Origin: Planctomycetota bacterium
Lineage (GTDB): Bacteria; Planctomycetota; Phycisphaerae; WQYP01
NCBI GenBank assembly: GCA_021847065.1
Contig: JAJZVR010000001.1
Coordinates: 1-41,402 of the forward strand
Direction of reading: 5' to 3'
Length of the DNA: 41,402 nucleotides
Positions within the stretch are counted from its first letter, which is position 1. Each line of letters begins with the position of its first letter. The translations under genes and the position numbers were made by a program. A model generated the notes under the pieces. That model worked only from the letters and a program-made list of their open reading frames with translations. It made no database searches and had not been told where the DNA came from. Below are positions 10,323 through 19,436 of this stretch, one piece after another.

Positions 10323-10409
10323 GGAGAGATGTCCGAGTGGCTTAAGGAGCACGATTGGAAGTCGTGTGTGGGGGTAACCTCACCGTGGGTTCGAATCCCA
10401 CTCTCTCCG
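10323..10409 (+). tRNA. tRNA-Ser(GGA), no encoded CCA; target of the integrated element
   Basis: GGAGAGA..TCTCTCC-G acceptor stem, anticodon arm CACGA-TTGGAAG-TCGTG, long variable arm, GGTTCGAATCC T-arm. Confidence 0.96.
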
Positions 10410-11921
10410 CTTTAAGGAGTTTTGGTCGAGTTCACCGGCCAGAAGCGCCGCGTCGCAGGACGCGGCGCTTTGCTGACGGGCAAGACGGCCAATAGCGACA
10501 ACGGTTTTCCACGCCCCGCGTGGCTCCCAATCCACTTCCCGATGCGCCACTTTTGGGTTCGAGACGATTTTTCTGAAAAAATCACACTGTTCTGTTAGGT
10601 TGTCGGAATCCGCGAGGAAACCCGCTGTTTTGGCGTCTTTTACGACAGTGATGACCGGTTCGAGAGCACTGGAGCGGTCACGCTCCAGTGTGGCGAGTCG
10701 CTCGCCGCAGTCGTGCTTTTTGAGCACGAGGGTATTCTTGGTTGTCCGGTATTCCGCCAGCGACAGTCCTTCGTCGAGGTAGGCAGCCATGAGCCGGTCG
10801 AGTTTGCGGTCATAGTCGACCAGTTCGTCACGGAGTGACTGGAGTTGCTCTGTAGCAGCGGCGGTATCGGTTGCCTGTTCGCGTTCGAGTTCTCCGAGCA
10901 TCCAGTCGGCCCAGTCGGCCGGCAGGGAAATTTTGTGAAGTATACCGACGATCTGTTTAGTGATGGCTTCTTCGCGGACATACGGTTGCGAACAGGCAGT
11001 CCACTTGGTGCAGCGTAGATAGTTGTGACCCTTTTGGGTCTCCGTAGTGATGGTTCGTCCGCACTCGCCGCAGCGAAACAATCCTCGATAGAGGTAAGGT
11101 TTGAGAGTGCGGCCTTTGGGTTTTGAGCGACGGCGCATGGCCGCCTGGGCGGCATCGAAAAGTTCTTTCGTAATGATCGGCTCATGGCTGCCGGGGTAGA
11201 GTTCTCCATGATAGCGGATGATACCGAAGTAAATCGGGTTCTGAAGCAGGTACTGGTAATTGGAGACCGAGAGCAACCGACCACGCCGGGCGGTCAGCCC
11301 CAGGGCGTTGACCGCGTCATGCACTTGGGCGAAGGTGTAGCGTCCGGTGGCGTAGAGTTCGAACGCTTTGCGGATATACGGTGAACGCTCCGGATCGGGC
11401 ACGATGGTCTTAGTGACGCGGTCGTTGAGGTAGCCCAAGGGAGCGAACTGCGGCCAGACGCCTCGCTTGAGTTTCTGACGGATACCGCGATTGATATTTT
11501 CCGAAAGACTATCGACATAATACTTGCTCTGGCCGAAGGCGATGGAGAGCATGAATTTGCCCTGCGGCGTGGCGTCGAAACGGTACGTCGGCGACTTGAT
11601 GTCCCGGATTCCACCGGTGTCCACCAGGTAGATGATGCGGCCACCGTCGAGTGAATTGCGGGCCAGCCGGTCGGGTGCCCAGACCAGTAACCCTGAGGCT
11701 TCGCCCGATTCCAAGCGAGCCAACATATCATTGAACACGGGGCGACCGGGTGCCTTGGCGGTACGGCTTTCGACGAACGTTTCGACAACGGGAAGATGTT
11801 CCTTGGCCGCCAGTTCGCGCAGCTCGGCAAGCTGGTCGCCGATGCTCCGGGCCTGGCGATCTTCGCTCTCGGTCGATTTACGTGCATAGATGAAATACGT
11901 GATGGGTGCGTCGGTGTTCAT
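10380..11921 (-). CDS. Large serine recombinase (resolvase + recombinase + Zn-ribbon/coiled-coil); last codons run antisense into the tRNA
   Basis: YARKS catalytic motif, DRLARN, PLGY, NPIYFG, CGECG Zn ribbon, coiled coil. The terminal REWDSNPR* is the reverse complement of the tRNA T-arm and acceptor stem. Confidence 0.95.
   Translation of the reverse strand: MNTDAPITYFIYARKSTESEDRQARSIGDQLAELRELAAKEHLPVVETFVESRTAKAPGRPVFNDMLARLESGEASGLLVWAPDRLARNSLDGGRIIYLVDTGGIRDIKSPTYRFDATPQGKFMLSIAFGQSKYYVDSLSENINRGIRQKLKRGVWPQFAPLGYLNDRVTKTIVPDPERSPYIRKAFELYATGRYTFAQVHDAVNALGLTARRGRLLSVSNYQYLLQNPIYFGIIRYHGELYPGSHEPIITKELFDAAQAAMRRRSKPKGRTLKPYLYRGLFRCGECGRTITTETQKGHNYLRCTKWTACSQPYVREEAITKQIVGILHKISLPADWADWMLGELEREQATDTAAATEQLQSLRDELVDYDRKLDRLMAAYLDEGLSLAEYRTTKNTLVLKKHDCGERLATLERDRSSALEPVITVVKDAKTAGFLADSDNLTEQCDFFRKIVSNPKVAHREVDWEPRGAWKTVVAIGRLARQQSAASCDAALLAGELDQNSLKRREWDSNPR
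10405..10548 (-). repeat. 144-bp inverted repeat, copy A (3' end of the recombinase gene)
   Basis: Exact reverse complement of 12721-12864 by manual comparison. Confidence 0.95.
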
Positions 11922-12036
11922 ATATGGTTACCCTCTTGGCGGCGGTCAATGACCGCCAGTGTGATTATGGGGATAGCATAGCGCGCAGGGAGCGGCGCGC
12001 CAAGAGAAAAATGTGTCGAATTGCCAACGATGTATT

Positions 12037-12600
12037 TTATGTCGAGGTTGCGTTGCTCTTCGGAGCGAATTGTTCCGCCGTAGCCAGAAAAGATTTCATG
12101 TTCTCCGGACTTGCCTTCCATACTCGATTGTCGATATCCATAACTCCAATGTAATCCAATTTTTGCCAGTCGAAATCGAGCGCTACCGACATGACCAATT
12201 CTTCTTTTTCACCGAGCATTCTTGGAAGCTCTGGGGAAAACGTATAGTTGGGCCTATTTAAATGATTCGTTACCGTCTGATTGGATAGTCCAGCCTGATC
12301 CGGTTCAGAGCTACTCCAGCACCATGCTTTGATATGGTAGGGTCGTCGGGACTTGTTGAGTGCTATAATCTGAGCCAATTGTTGGTGACCATTCCTCGTC
12401 GGATTTACCTTTACGTCTACATTCGGATTCTCTGCCTCACATTGCTCTTGCTGAATCCGGTACGAATCTCTGGAGAGCTTGACGGTATAAATTGCGGCAA
12501 TCGTCGCAATCATACCGGAAATTGCGGACACTGCCGCGCAAGCTACTGTAATCATTTCTGCCATCTGAGCATCCATGACGAATAGTATAGGTGAAGGCAA
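12037..12600 (-). CDS. Hypothetical protein with N-terminal transmembrane helix
   Basis: 187-aa ORF with hydrophobic ITVACAAVSAISGMIATIAAIY followed by a polar domain; start uncertain. Confidence 0.65.
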   Translation of the reverse strand: MPSPILFVMDAQMAEMITVACAAVSAISGMIATIAAIYTVKLSRDSYRIQQEQCEAENPNVDVKVNPTRNGHQQLAQIIALNKSRRPYHIKAWCWSSSEPDQAGLSNQTVTNHLNRPNYTFSPELPRMLGEKEELVMSVALDFDWQKLDYIGVMDIDNRVWKASPENMKSFLATAEQFAPKSNATST

Positions 12601-12720
12601 TAAAACTGGAAACCATCATTTGATACCCGGCGATATGAATATCATGCCTGCAGCACCAGGAGGATATATATAGTATGTATTATTTATCATATGTGAATAA
12701 TTTATTATTGTTTTCAAATA

Positions 12721-12864
12721 GGCGCATCGGGAAGTGGATTGGGAGCCACGCGGGGCGTGGAAAACCGTTGTCGCTATTGGCCGTCTTGCCCGTCAGCAAA
12801 GCGCCGCGTCCTGCGACGCGGCGCTTCTGGCCGGTGAACTCGACCAAAACTCCTTAAAGCGGAG
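12721..12864 (+). repeat. 144-bp inverted repeat, copy B; left arm of an internal attP-like site (core CGG 12860-12862)
   Basis: Encodes the same ..VDWEPRGAWKTVV..QNSLKR as the recombinase end, then continues in frame as SALVKLRTAVAQEHHTPKCP* to 12925. Confidence 0.95.
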
Positions 12865-12937
12865 TGCTTTGGTCAAGCTTCGAACGGCCGTCGCTCAGGA
12901 GCATCATACACCAAAATGTCCTTGAGAATTTCTGGCA

Positions 12938-13140
12938 TTTAACCCTTCCCCTCACCCTTCCCCCTGGGGGGAAGGGCACCATTTCCGTTTAGTCCTTGTG
13001 TTACAACGGTTTATCGTATTTTTCGAGCGTGGCGCCTTGTCAGAAAGCGGCCTCTCTCCCTCACGGGAGAGAGGCCTTCGGCTCGCTCACGCTCGCCTCG
13101 GCGGCTCACGCCGTCCGCAGGTGGGGTGGGGGCAGAAAAA
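12938..13140 (+). repeat. ~204-bp palindrome-rich inverted repeat, copy 1
   Basis: Reverse complement of 39175-39378 with 3 substitutions and 1 indel. Contains hairpins CCCTTCCCCC-n-GGGGGAAGGG and GGCCTCTCTCCC-TCAC-GGGAGAGAGGCC. Confidence 0.93.
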
Positions 13141-13200
13141 TATTTGCATATCTACTCATATATATGCACATGGTAATGTGCGCGCTGATAATGTGCATTA

Positions 13201-14538
13201 TCAGCGTTTCTTTTTGTGTTGCGTGCGTGGACGCAGTTTTCTTTTCTTCGGAATGGTTTGTTTCGGTTCTCCCATCCATCGTCGAATACGAGATTCAATA
13301 ACTTCACGCTTCGTGGAGAAGCGTTCGCGTGAGCGAGCGATGACTATGTGTCGGCGCCCGCTGCGGATCATGAGTGGTCGCATCGTGCTGACACGAAACG
13401 GGGTTTCGTACCCGTAGATCGTCAGCGGCTTGATGAGAGCCTGGTAGTTGGCAAGGCTGGTGAAAGCCGATGATTGGATGTCTTCACCGAATTGCCGGGC
13501 CAGTAAGGTTGCGTCGGATTCCCCCACACGGAAACTCATGATCGTACCGACATTGCCAAAGACCGCATTGGTGATCTCCGGTCGTGTCTGGCTGGTGTAC
13601 TGGGATGCCAGCGTCAGGGACAGGCCGTACTTTCTTGCTTCCGAGAGAATGGATGCAAACGAGTCGGTAGCAAAGTTGTGGTATTCATCCACGTAGAGGT
13701 GGAACGGCGTCCGTTGTGCCGGTGGGATGTCGGCTCGACTCAAGGCTGCAAGCTGGAACTGGGTGACCAAGAGTGATCCCAACAGGTTGGCCTTATCTTC
13801 CCCGACCTTGCCCTTGGCGAGGTTCGCGATGAGGATACGTGAGCGGTCCATCAGAAACCGGATATCAATGCTACTTGCGACTTGGCCAAGTATGTGACGG
13901 ATGGGTGGCGCCATCACCAATTGCCCGATCTTGTTCTGCACCGGGGCGATGACTTCCGTTAAAAATCGCCGGTCATAGCCGGCGAATTCTCCTGTCCAAA
14001 AGGCCCGTATCATCGGGTCCCTGACTTGCCGGACGACCCAGGTACGGTAGACCGGATCAATGAGCATCCGCTGCACGCCGAGAATCGTTACGTTCTCGCA
14101 TTCCAGCAGTGCGGCAATGCTGGTATACAGAATGTATTCCATCCGTGGCCCCCAGGAATCCCGCCAGATACTTTTCAGTGCGCCAACGATGGATGAAGCG
14201 ATGAGGTGGGGCACGTGGTTGGTGCCGGGACGCAACACGTTGAGACCGACCGGAAACTCATGGTCGGCGGGGTTGAGATATGCAACATGGTCGGTACGGT
14301 GCGGAGGGATGCAATCGAGAATGTCCTCGGCCAGATCACCGTGGGGATCGATCAGACCGACCCCATGACCTTTTTCAATGTCTTGGATGATCAGGTTGCG
14401 GATGAGGGTGGACTTGCCGGTACCGGTCTGACCGATGATGAAAAGGTGCTGCGCTCGGGCATCGGGTGATATACCGAAAAGCTGCTGGCCGCCCCAGACG
14501 TCGCGTTCGCCAATGTATGAAAGAGCATCGTCCCACAT
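13201..14538 (-). CDS. VirD4/TraD-like (HerA-FtsK superfamily) coupling-protein ATPase, no TM anchor
   Basis: HLFIIGQTGTGKS (Walker A), IDPHGDLAE, LYVDEYHNF (Walker B), LSEARKYGL..ASQY, AVFGNVGT. Confidence 0.85.
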   Translation of the reverse strand: MWDDALSYIGERDVWGGQQLFGISPDARAQHLFIIGQTGTGKSTLIRNLIIQDIEKGHGVGLIDPHGDLAEDILDCIPPHRTDHVAYLNPADHEFPVGLNVLRPGTNHVPHLIASSIVGALKSIWRDSWGPRMEYILYTSIAALLECENVTILGVQRMLIDPVYRTWVVRQVRDPMIRAFWTGEFAGYDRRFLTEVIAPVQNKIGQLVMAPPIRHILGQVASSIDIRFLMDRSRILIANLAKGKVGEDKANLLGSLLVTQFQLAALSRADIPPAQRTPFHLYVDEYHNFATDSFASILSEARKYGLSLTLASQYTSQTRPEITNAVFGNVGTIMSFRVGESDATLLARQFGEDIQSSAFTSLANYQALIKPLTIYGYETPFRVSTMRPLMIRSGRRHIVIARSRERFSTKREVIESRIRRWMGEPKQTIPKKRKLRPRTQHKKKR

Positions 14539-14777
14539 CCGACAGAGCCGCCATTCCAGAAAAAGAACAGCCCTCTGTGAAAGAGGGTCAAGGTGTGGTC
14601 CGCACCATGCGGGGCTTGCGGTCCGCCGGTACCGCTCGACATACGCAGTTGTTGGCGAGCCGAGTGGGTAATGGAAGCTCAGTCCGGGGTCCGAACGCAG
14701 TTCAGGCCCGAGGATATTGTAACGTATTCGATGCGTTGTGGGGTGTGGATATCATAAGTCATCCGTGACATAATTAA

Positions 14778-15161
14778 GTGATGCAGTGGTGGACAAACAA
14801 TCAAGATAAAATATTGCGTAAGTTGGACGTTCAATTTCACCCAGAAGTTGACGCTATCGTCAGAGATGGATCCCTTGGCACATACGAAGATCTCATGCTT
14901 ACCGCGCTCGCTGCCAAAACTTGTGACGTCGCAGCACTTTTCGATGTTGGCTTGCGTGCTTTACCTACGAATGAAAATCGTCCCAGCGAGGCGTTGGCCA
15001 GCTACTTTTTCATTCTATCAACGATTAAGGGCTTGCCCCGCGAGCTTCAAGACCTTGCCACGAATACCATGGTCTATTGCAAAAACGATATGAACACACC
15101 GACAGGATCCCTGTCTCGCCTACGCAGCGATTATGAGTCTCTCCGCAGTCTGCTTAAGTAA
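14778..15161 (+). CDS. Hypothetical protein
   Basis: 127-aa ORF filling a gap between genes; no family recognised. Confidence 0.55.
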   Translation: MMQWWTNNQDKILRKLDVQFHPEVDAIVRDGSLGTYEDLMLTALAAKTCDVAALFDVGLRALPTNENRPSEALASYFFILSTIKGLPRELQDLATNTMVYCKNDMNTPTGSLSRLRSDYESLRSLLK

Positions 15162-15185
15162 ACTTTCGCCGCCGCCGCCGCCGGG

Positions 15186-15395
15186 TTATTTCTTATGCCC
15201 GTGGAAGCTGTGCCCGCTCTTCGTGCCATCGAGTTTCTCACGGATCATTGAATGGGAGTGATTTTCTTTGTCTCCACGTCCCACGCGATCTTCCGTGCGG
15301 AGAAAGTGCGTGTCCTTCGCGCCGTCCGAGTGCTTTTCAACCTTTTCCTTTACTTCGCCACCGGACGAATCCTTGAACCAATTTGACCAGCCCAT
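15186..15395 (-). CDS. Small charged His-rich hypothetical protein
   Basis: 69-aa ORF with AAGGT upstream and protein-like composition. Confidence 0.55.
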   Translation of the reverse strand: MGWSNWFKDSSGGEVKEKVEKHSDGAKDTHFLRTEDRVGRGDKENHSHSMIREKLDGTKSGHSFHGHKK

Positions 15396-15712
15396 GCGAC
15401 ACCAACCTTTCTGGTACGACTCACCATAAGTTCATTGTAGCAACCCGCGGCAGACCATTCAAAACAAATTTTCGTAGGTTCCTGATTGTTAGACCCGCCC
15501 AGACGTTGGCGAGGCCGTCACGCCGACAAATATTCCCGCGTAAGATATGCACACGATATATAAAACTTCTCTGTATACACGTAATGATCTTGCTCTCGCC
15601 CTACTTTCCATGCTTTACTTCTTCCCGGACCTGTTCATTTCAAAACCGCAACACCGTTCCGTGCTCGTTGCACGGCGACTGATGCTGCGCACATATCGAA
15701 AGGAGTTATTCA

Positions 15713-15979
15713 GTGGCCACATTTCCACCGGGACAGATTGTCATTACCCGCAACGCCCTCAATTCCCTCGAACAGACTGATGTCGATGCCGGCCTCGCCC
15801 GGCACCTGCGCGGCGACTGGGGCGACGTGGATGAAGAAGACCGGCGGACGAACGACCAGTCGCTCAAACACGGCGCTCGTCTTTTGTCCGTCTACCACGC
15901 CGCCAATGGTACCAAGTTCTGGATCATCACCGAAGCGGATCGCTCCGCCACGACCATCCTACTTCCCAGCGACTATTGA
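15713..15979 (+). CDS. Conserved small plasmid/MGE-associated protein
   Basis: RHLRGDWG..RLLSVY..FWIITEADRSATTILLPSDY signature seen in mobile-element small proteins; AAGGAG RBS. Confidence 0.8.
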   Translation: MATFPPGQIVITRNALNSLEQTDVDAGLARHLRGDWGDVDEEDRRTNDQSLKHGARLLSVYHAANGTKFWIITEADRSATTILLPSDY

Positions 15980-15990
15980 AAGGAGTCACC

Positions 15991-16224
15991 ATGGAAGAAA
16001 ACTTCAAGGACACGGCAGACAGAGAACTCCAGCGTCTCGGTCTGGCCTTCCACGGCATCCATCTTGAATGCAGAACCTGCGACTGCGAAGTCTTCGCCAC
16101 TTCGCTTGCACTGCCCGAATCGTTCGGCTGGTCTGACATACAGCAAGTCAAGGGTGCCGAATACCACGGCATCTGTATGGCGTGTATCGGTTCGTCACCT
16201 CACAAGAAAGGAACATCATCATGA
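15991..16224 (+). CDS. Small hypothetical protein with two CxxC motifs
   Basis: AAGGAG RBS before ATG 15991; CRTC..CMAC; its stop overlaps the next start (ATGA). Confidence 0.7.
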   Translation: MEENFKDTADRELQRLGLAFHGIHLECRTCDCEVFATSLALPESFGWSDIQQVKGAEYHGICMACIGSSPHKKGTSS

Positions 16225-16550
16225 ATGACCACATTGATGTGGGTGCAACGCCTCCGATGGAGGACTGCGCCCAAGTCGGTACTGCCGACTACTTCGAACG
16301 TGCTCGTCGAGAGTGCCGAGTCTACATCAGCCTTCTACGCCGTGCCCTCGGCCCGGAGCCGACAGGTGCAACACTCCAGATCAAATCAAATCCCCACGAT
16401 TTCGGCACCTATCTGTCCGTGGTCTGTTACTACGATGTCTGTAATGAAGACGCACGCAACTACGCCTTCCGCTGCGAATCGGAAGGGCCGGACGAGTGGG
16501 ATGCTATTGCCCGACGAGAACTCAATCAGAAAGGAGTACACCATGAGTGA
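16221..16550 (+). CDS. Conserved hypothetical MGE protein
   Basis: RBS plus ATG 16221; TPPMEDCAQVG..NPHDFGTYLSVVCYY; coupled to both neighbours. Confidence 0.75.
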   Translation: MNDHIDVGATPPMEDCAQVGTADYFERARRECRVYISLLRRALGPEPTGATLQIKSNPHDFGTYLSVVCYYDVCNEDARNYAFRCESEGPDEWDAIARRELNQKGVHHE

Positions 16551-17637
16551 TTGGATCAATTTTCGGGACGTCCGGAAGAATCTGTCATTTGAAGCAGTGT
16601 TGACGCACTACGGCGTTACGATCAAGAAACAGGCTGGCAACCGTCACGTCGGTCGCTGTCCCTTGCCGATGCACATTGGTAAGGGAAAAACCCCCTCATT
16701 TTCAGCAAAACTCGATATCGGGGTATTTCAGTGTTTCAGTTGCAAAGCGCATGGCACCGTCCTTCACTTTGCAGCACTTATGGAAGGCTTGAATCCGGAT
16801 GATCCACAGGACCTCCGGACGGTGGCATTGAAACTGCGGGATGTGTTTCTTACTACAGCAACGGCATCACCGAAGAAAAAGCTGGTGAGAAAGGAATCAT
16901 CTACATCGCCTCCTGCCGGAACCACTAGATCAAACCTTCCGGTACTGGTTAATCCACCCTTGGACTTCGAACTCAAGGACTTGGATGACGACCATCCGTA
17001 CCTAAAGGGCCGGGGATTTAATCCGCAGACCATCCGCCACTTCGGACTGGGTGTCTGTAGCCGTGGCCTCATGAAAGGACGAGTAGTGATTCCCCTGCAC
17101 AATGCCACTGGACGCTTGGTTGGATACGCTGGTCGTGTCGTTGATGACACTACGATCAGCGATGACAATCCACGATACCGTTTGCCTGGCCGCCGTGAGC
17201 GAGAAGGCAGGATTATCGAGTTCAAAAAGTCCCTCCTCCTGTACAACCACCACCGCCTGAAGCAGCCGGTCAACGACCTCATCGTCGTTGAGGGGTTTAC
17301 CTCGGTCCGGTGGCTGACTCAGTGGGGATATTCCTCGGTAGTGGCGATGTTCGGGTCGGATTGCTCCGAAGAGCAGGCTCGCCTGATCGTCCACGCGACG
17401 GCTCCGGACGGCCGGGTGTGGATATTCCCGGACACCGATGCCGCCGGTGAAAAAGGTGTGATGGTGATGCTTTCTCGCATATCACCATATCGCTGGACAC
17501 GGTGGATACAGACCCAGCAAGAACAGCCCACCGATTGCACGCCTGCCGATCTGGAAAAACTTCTGCCCGGCCTTGGTACCGAACGAAAGGAGGTGCTGCA
17601 TGACAACGGCAGTTTGTGGGCGGATACACCGGTATGA
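16543..17637 (+). CDS. DnaG-like primase (CHC2 zinc finger + Toprim)
   Basis: AAGGAG plus ATG 16543; CPLPMH..CFSC zinc finger; YLKGRG, RVVIPLHN..GYAGR, IVVEGF and DTDAAG Toprim motifs. Confidence 0.88.
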   Translation: MSDWINFRDVRKNLSFEAVLTHYGVTIKKQAGNRHVGRCPLPMHIGKGKTPSFSAKLDIGVFQCFSCKAHGTVLHFAALMEGLNPDDPQDLRTVALKLRDVFLTTATASPKKKLVRKESSTSPPAGTTRSNLPVLVNPPLDFELKDLDDDHPYLKGRGFNPQTIRHFGLGVCSRGLMKGRVVIPLHNATGRLVGYAGRVVDDTTISDDNPRYRLPGRREREGRIIEFKKSLLLYNHHRLKQPVNDLIVVEGFTSVRWLTQWGYSSVVAMFGSDCSEEQARLIVHATAPDGRVWIFPDTDAAGEKGVMVMLSRISPYRWTRWIQTQQEQPTDCTPADLEKLLPGLGTERKEVLHDNGSLWADTPV

Positions 17638-18007
17638 GTTCATGGGATTCCATGGCTGCCGGTCTCGGTGCGCCCTGGAGATACTCCGGTTGCGTGATGG
17701 CCGCACTGTGGTCATTGCCACGGAAGTGGCGGACAATCCGGGCACCAGCGTGACCAATGCCTTTGAGCTATTGGCTACCGATGTATGCACCCGGTTCGCC
17801 ATTGATCCCCGGCGGCTGGCCTGGATTGAACACTACGGCTACCCTGCCGCAGCGTGTCCAACCGAAGCACGGGGCTTCGATATGGTGCGGTTTACGATTG
17901 CACCGGCTAAGGACGGCACATGCTTTTCAGATGTGTCCTGGCGGCCGATGCGTGACGCGGACTGGCGGGCACTGGGCCTGCTGCCGCGTCTGGCGGTTCG
18001 TTATTGA
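17600..18007 (+). CDS. Conserved hypothetical MGE protein
   Basis: AGGAGG plus ATG 17600; VVIATEVADNPGTSVTN..WIEHY. Confidence 0.75.
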   Translation: MTTAVCGRIHRYEFMGFHGCRSRCALEILRLRDGRTVVIATEVADNPGTSVTNAFELLATDVCTRFAIDPRRLAWIEHYGYPAAACPTEARGFDMVRFTIAPAKDGTCFSDVSWRPMRDADWRALGLLPRLAVRY

Positions 18008-18027
18008 ATCGGTTCTGTTCTTTCCCT

Positions 18028-18054
18028 GGGCGACTCTGCGGAGTCGCCCTTTTT
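18028..18054 (+). terminator. Rho-independent terminator of the primase operon
   Basis: GGGCGACTC-TGCG-GAGTCGCCC followed by TTTTT. Confidence 0.85.
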
Positions 18055-18418
18055 ATTTGCTCGGACCTACTAACGGTTTGTCCTACTGTACCAATAGCAT
18101 ACTGTCATCGGGCTTGGATTAAAAAAATACCAGACAAAGTGAGGATTTTTCTATCCGAACAGCAGCGTCGCAATGGGCTGGTGGAATAAAGTTGGAAGCG
18201 GCCACATCAAATCATTAGAGATTCCGGCAGAATTCCGTCAAGGTATCATAAACTGGGTCTGGCAATTTTTGAGCTTGATCCCTCAATGATTACTGATAAA
18301 CAGCAGAGGACGCAGGAAAATATAGAAAAACCAAAGGAAGAGTTTGCCAGTTTATTCGAGGCTGTAGTAAAAGTTCTTTCTGCCTATTGATTCTGTATTT
18401 CTATGTCAACAATTACCA

Positions 18419-18460
18419 ATAAAAAAAGCGTCTAAGAATCAAAGTGATTCAGAGACGCTT
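18419..18460 (-). terminator. Probable terminator downstream of the PEP-CTERM-like gene
   Basis: AAGCGTCT..GAATC / GATTC..AGACGCTT stem followed by a T-run on the minus strand. Confidence 0.65.
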
Positions 18461-18485
18461 GAGCGTGTCTTTAAAAAAAACAGAA

Positions 18486-19436
18486 TTAGGCTACTGCTCG
18501 TCGCTTCTTCTTGAGAGAGACAAGGCCGACAATCGCTAAGCCACCGACTCCCTCGAGGAGTCCTGCCGCCGATGAGGGGGTAGGCACCGCAGAGGATGAG
18601 GATGAGGATAACTTGAAATAGAACAGCCCGTTGTTGGAGTTGTTGCCGAAATTGTAGGCAACAAGTCCCATACTGGTCAATTCAGTGCTCGTTGGCTGAG
18701 CCGCACCAACAGCAATTCCATTAAGGAAATATTGCGTGGTGGTACCCTGCTCTGTGCTGGTTGTGGTGAATCCAATTTGGTTGAATTCACCTGTATTAGC
18801 ATCACCAAGCTTGAGCCACTGAAGACCATTCCCAAGACTACCCGTAGCAGTATAGAATCCAGGGCCCTGGTATCCGGTATAAAGATAACCGGAGTTATCT
18901 GTCAAGTTTGACAGATAAAATATTCCAGCGTCAATGGGGGTGAGGTACAGCGGTATAGTACCGTTGGTAGAACTTCCCGCGTAACCGATATTTCCACTCA
19001 GGCCGACGATGACCGGAGGAGCGCTGAAATTTGCCCAATTATCGACGTACAACCCCACTGATACGGTTTGAACTGGTGTACTTGGGATGTCGTAATTCAT
19101 CCCTTGCCAATTATTACTTCCGCCAATAAAATTATTTTGAGTGGAAGGAACGACAGGATTGGCAATTTCCATTTCCAGGACATTGTTGGAGGAGCCAGAA
19201 GAAACCATCTCAAACACCAAAGGGGTGTAGTCATTTCCATACCAGGCGCCAGGAGTAGGGGTTTGGTATGCCGCTTGGTCATTGTTGAAATCAGTAGTAT
19301 CAGTACTACTGGTGACATTGGAATAGGGGGTTGCGGGAATATTTGGCGAAATTGCCAAATTACCCTTCGCCACCCCAGCTATTCCGACGACTGCTCCTAA
19401 CACAAGCAATGTCGTGGAACCATTTAGATACTTCAT
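18486..19436 (-). CDS. Secreted protein with PEP-CTERM-like sorting signal (VPTP variant)
   Basis: Signal peptide, S/T/N/G-rich body, C-term AVPTP-hydrophobic segment-KKKRR. Confidence 0.8.
   Translation of the reverse strand: MKYLNGSTTLLVLGAVVGIAGVAKGNLAISPNIPATPYSNVTSSTDTTDFNNDQAAYQTPTPGAWYGNDYTPLVFEMVSSGSSNNVLEMEIANPVVPSTQNNFIGGSNNWQGMNYDIPSTPVQTVSVGLYVDNWANFSAPPVIVGLSGNIGYAGSSTNGTIPLYLTPIDAGIFYLSNLTDNSGYLYTGYQGPGFYTATGSLGNGLQWLKLGDANTGEFNQIGFTTTSTEQGTTTQYFLNGIAVGAAQPTSTELTSMGLVAYNFGNNSNNGLFYFKLSSSSSSAVPTPSSAAGLLEGVGGLAIVGLVSLKKKRRAVA

Noticed and set aside
11949..11959. 11-bp inverted match to 39570-39580 (CTGGCGGTCAT)
   Set aside because: Short enough to occur by chance in 41 kb, with no supporting context.
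10405..12864. DGR template/variable repeat or IS terminal repeats
   Set aside because: The copies are identical with no adenine-specific differences, no reverse transcriptase or transposase is present, and the repeat is recombinase coding sequence.
12734..12925. 63-aa ORF as an independent gene
   Set aside because: It is the duplicated recombinase 3' end plus an alternative tail, with no convincing RBS; treated as a repeat/att feature.
12996..13417. ORFs 12996-13301, 12998-13417 and their counterpart 39112-39318
   Set aside because: They are translations of the palindromic 204-bp repeat, or antisense to the ATPase gene.
15167..15183. (GCC)n microsatellite as a phase-variation tract
   Set aside because: It is short and lies between convergent stop codons, so slippage would not affect a gene.
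16225..16542. N-terminal extension of the 470-aa primase ORF
   Set aside because: It overlaps the better-supported 16221-16550 gene; the RBS and zinc finger point to ATG 16543.
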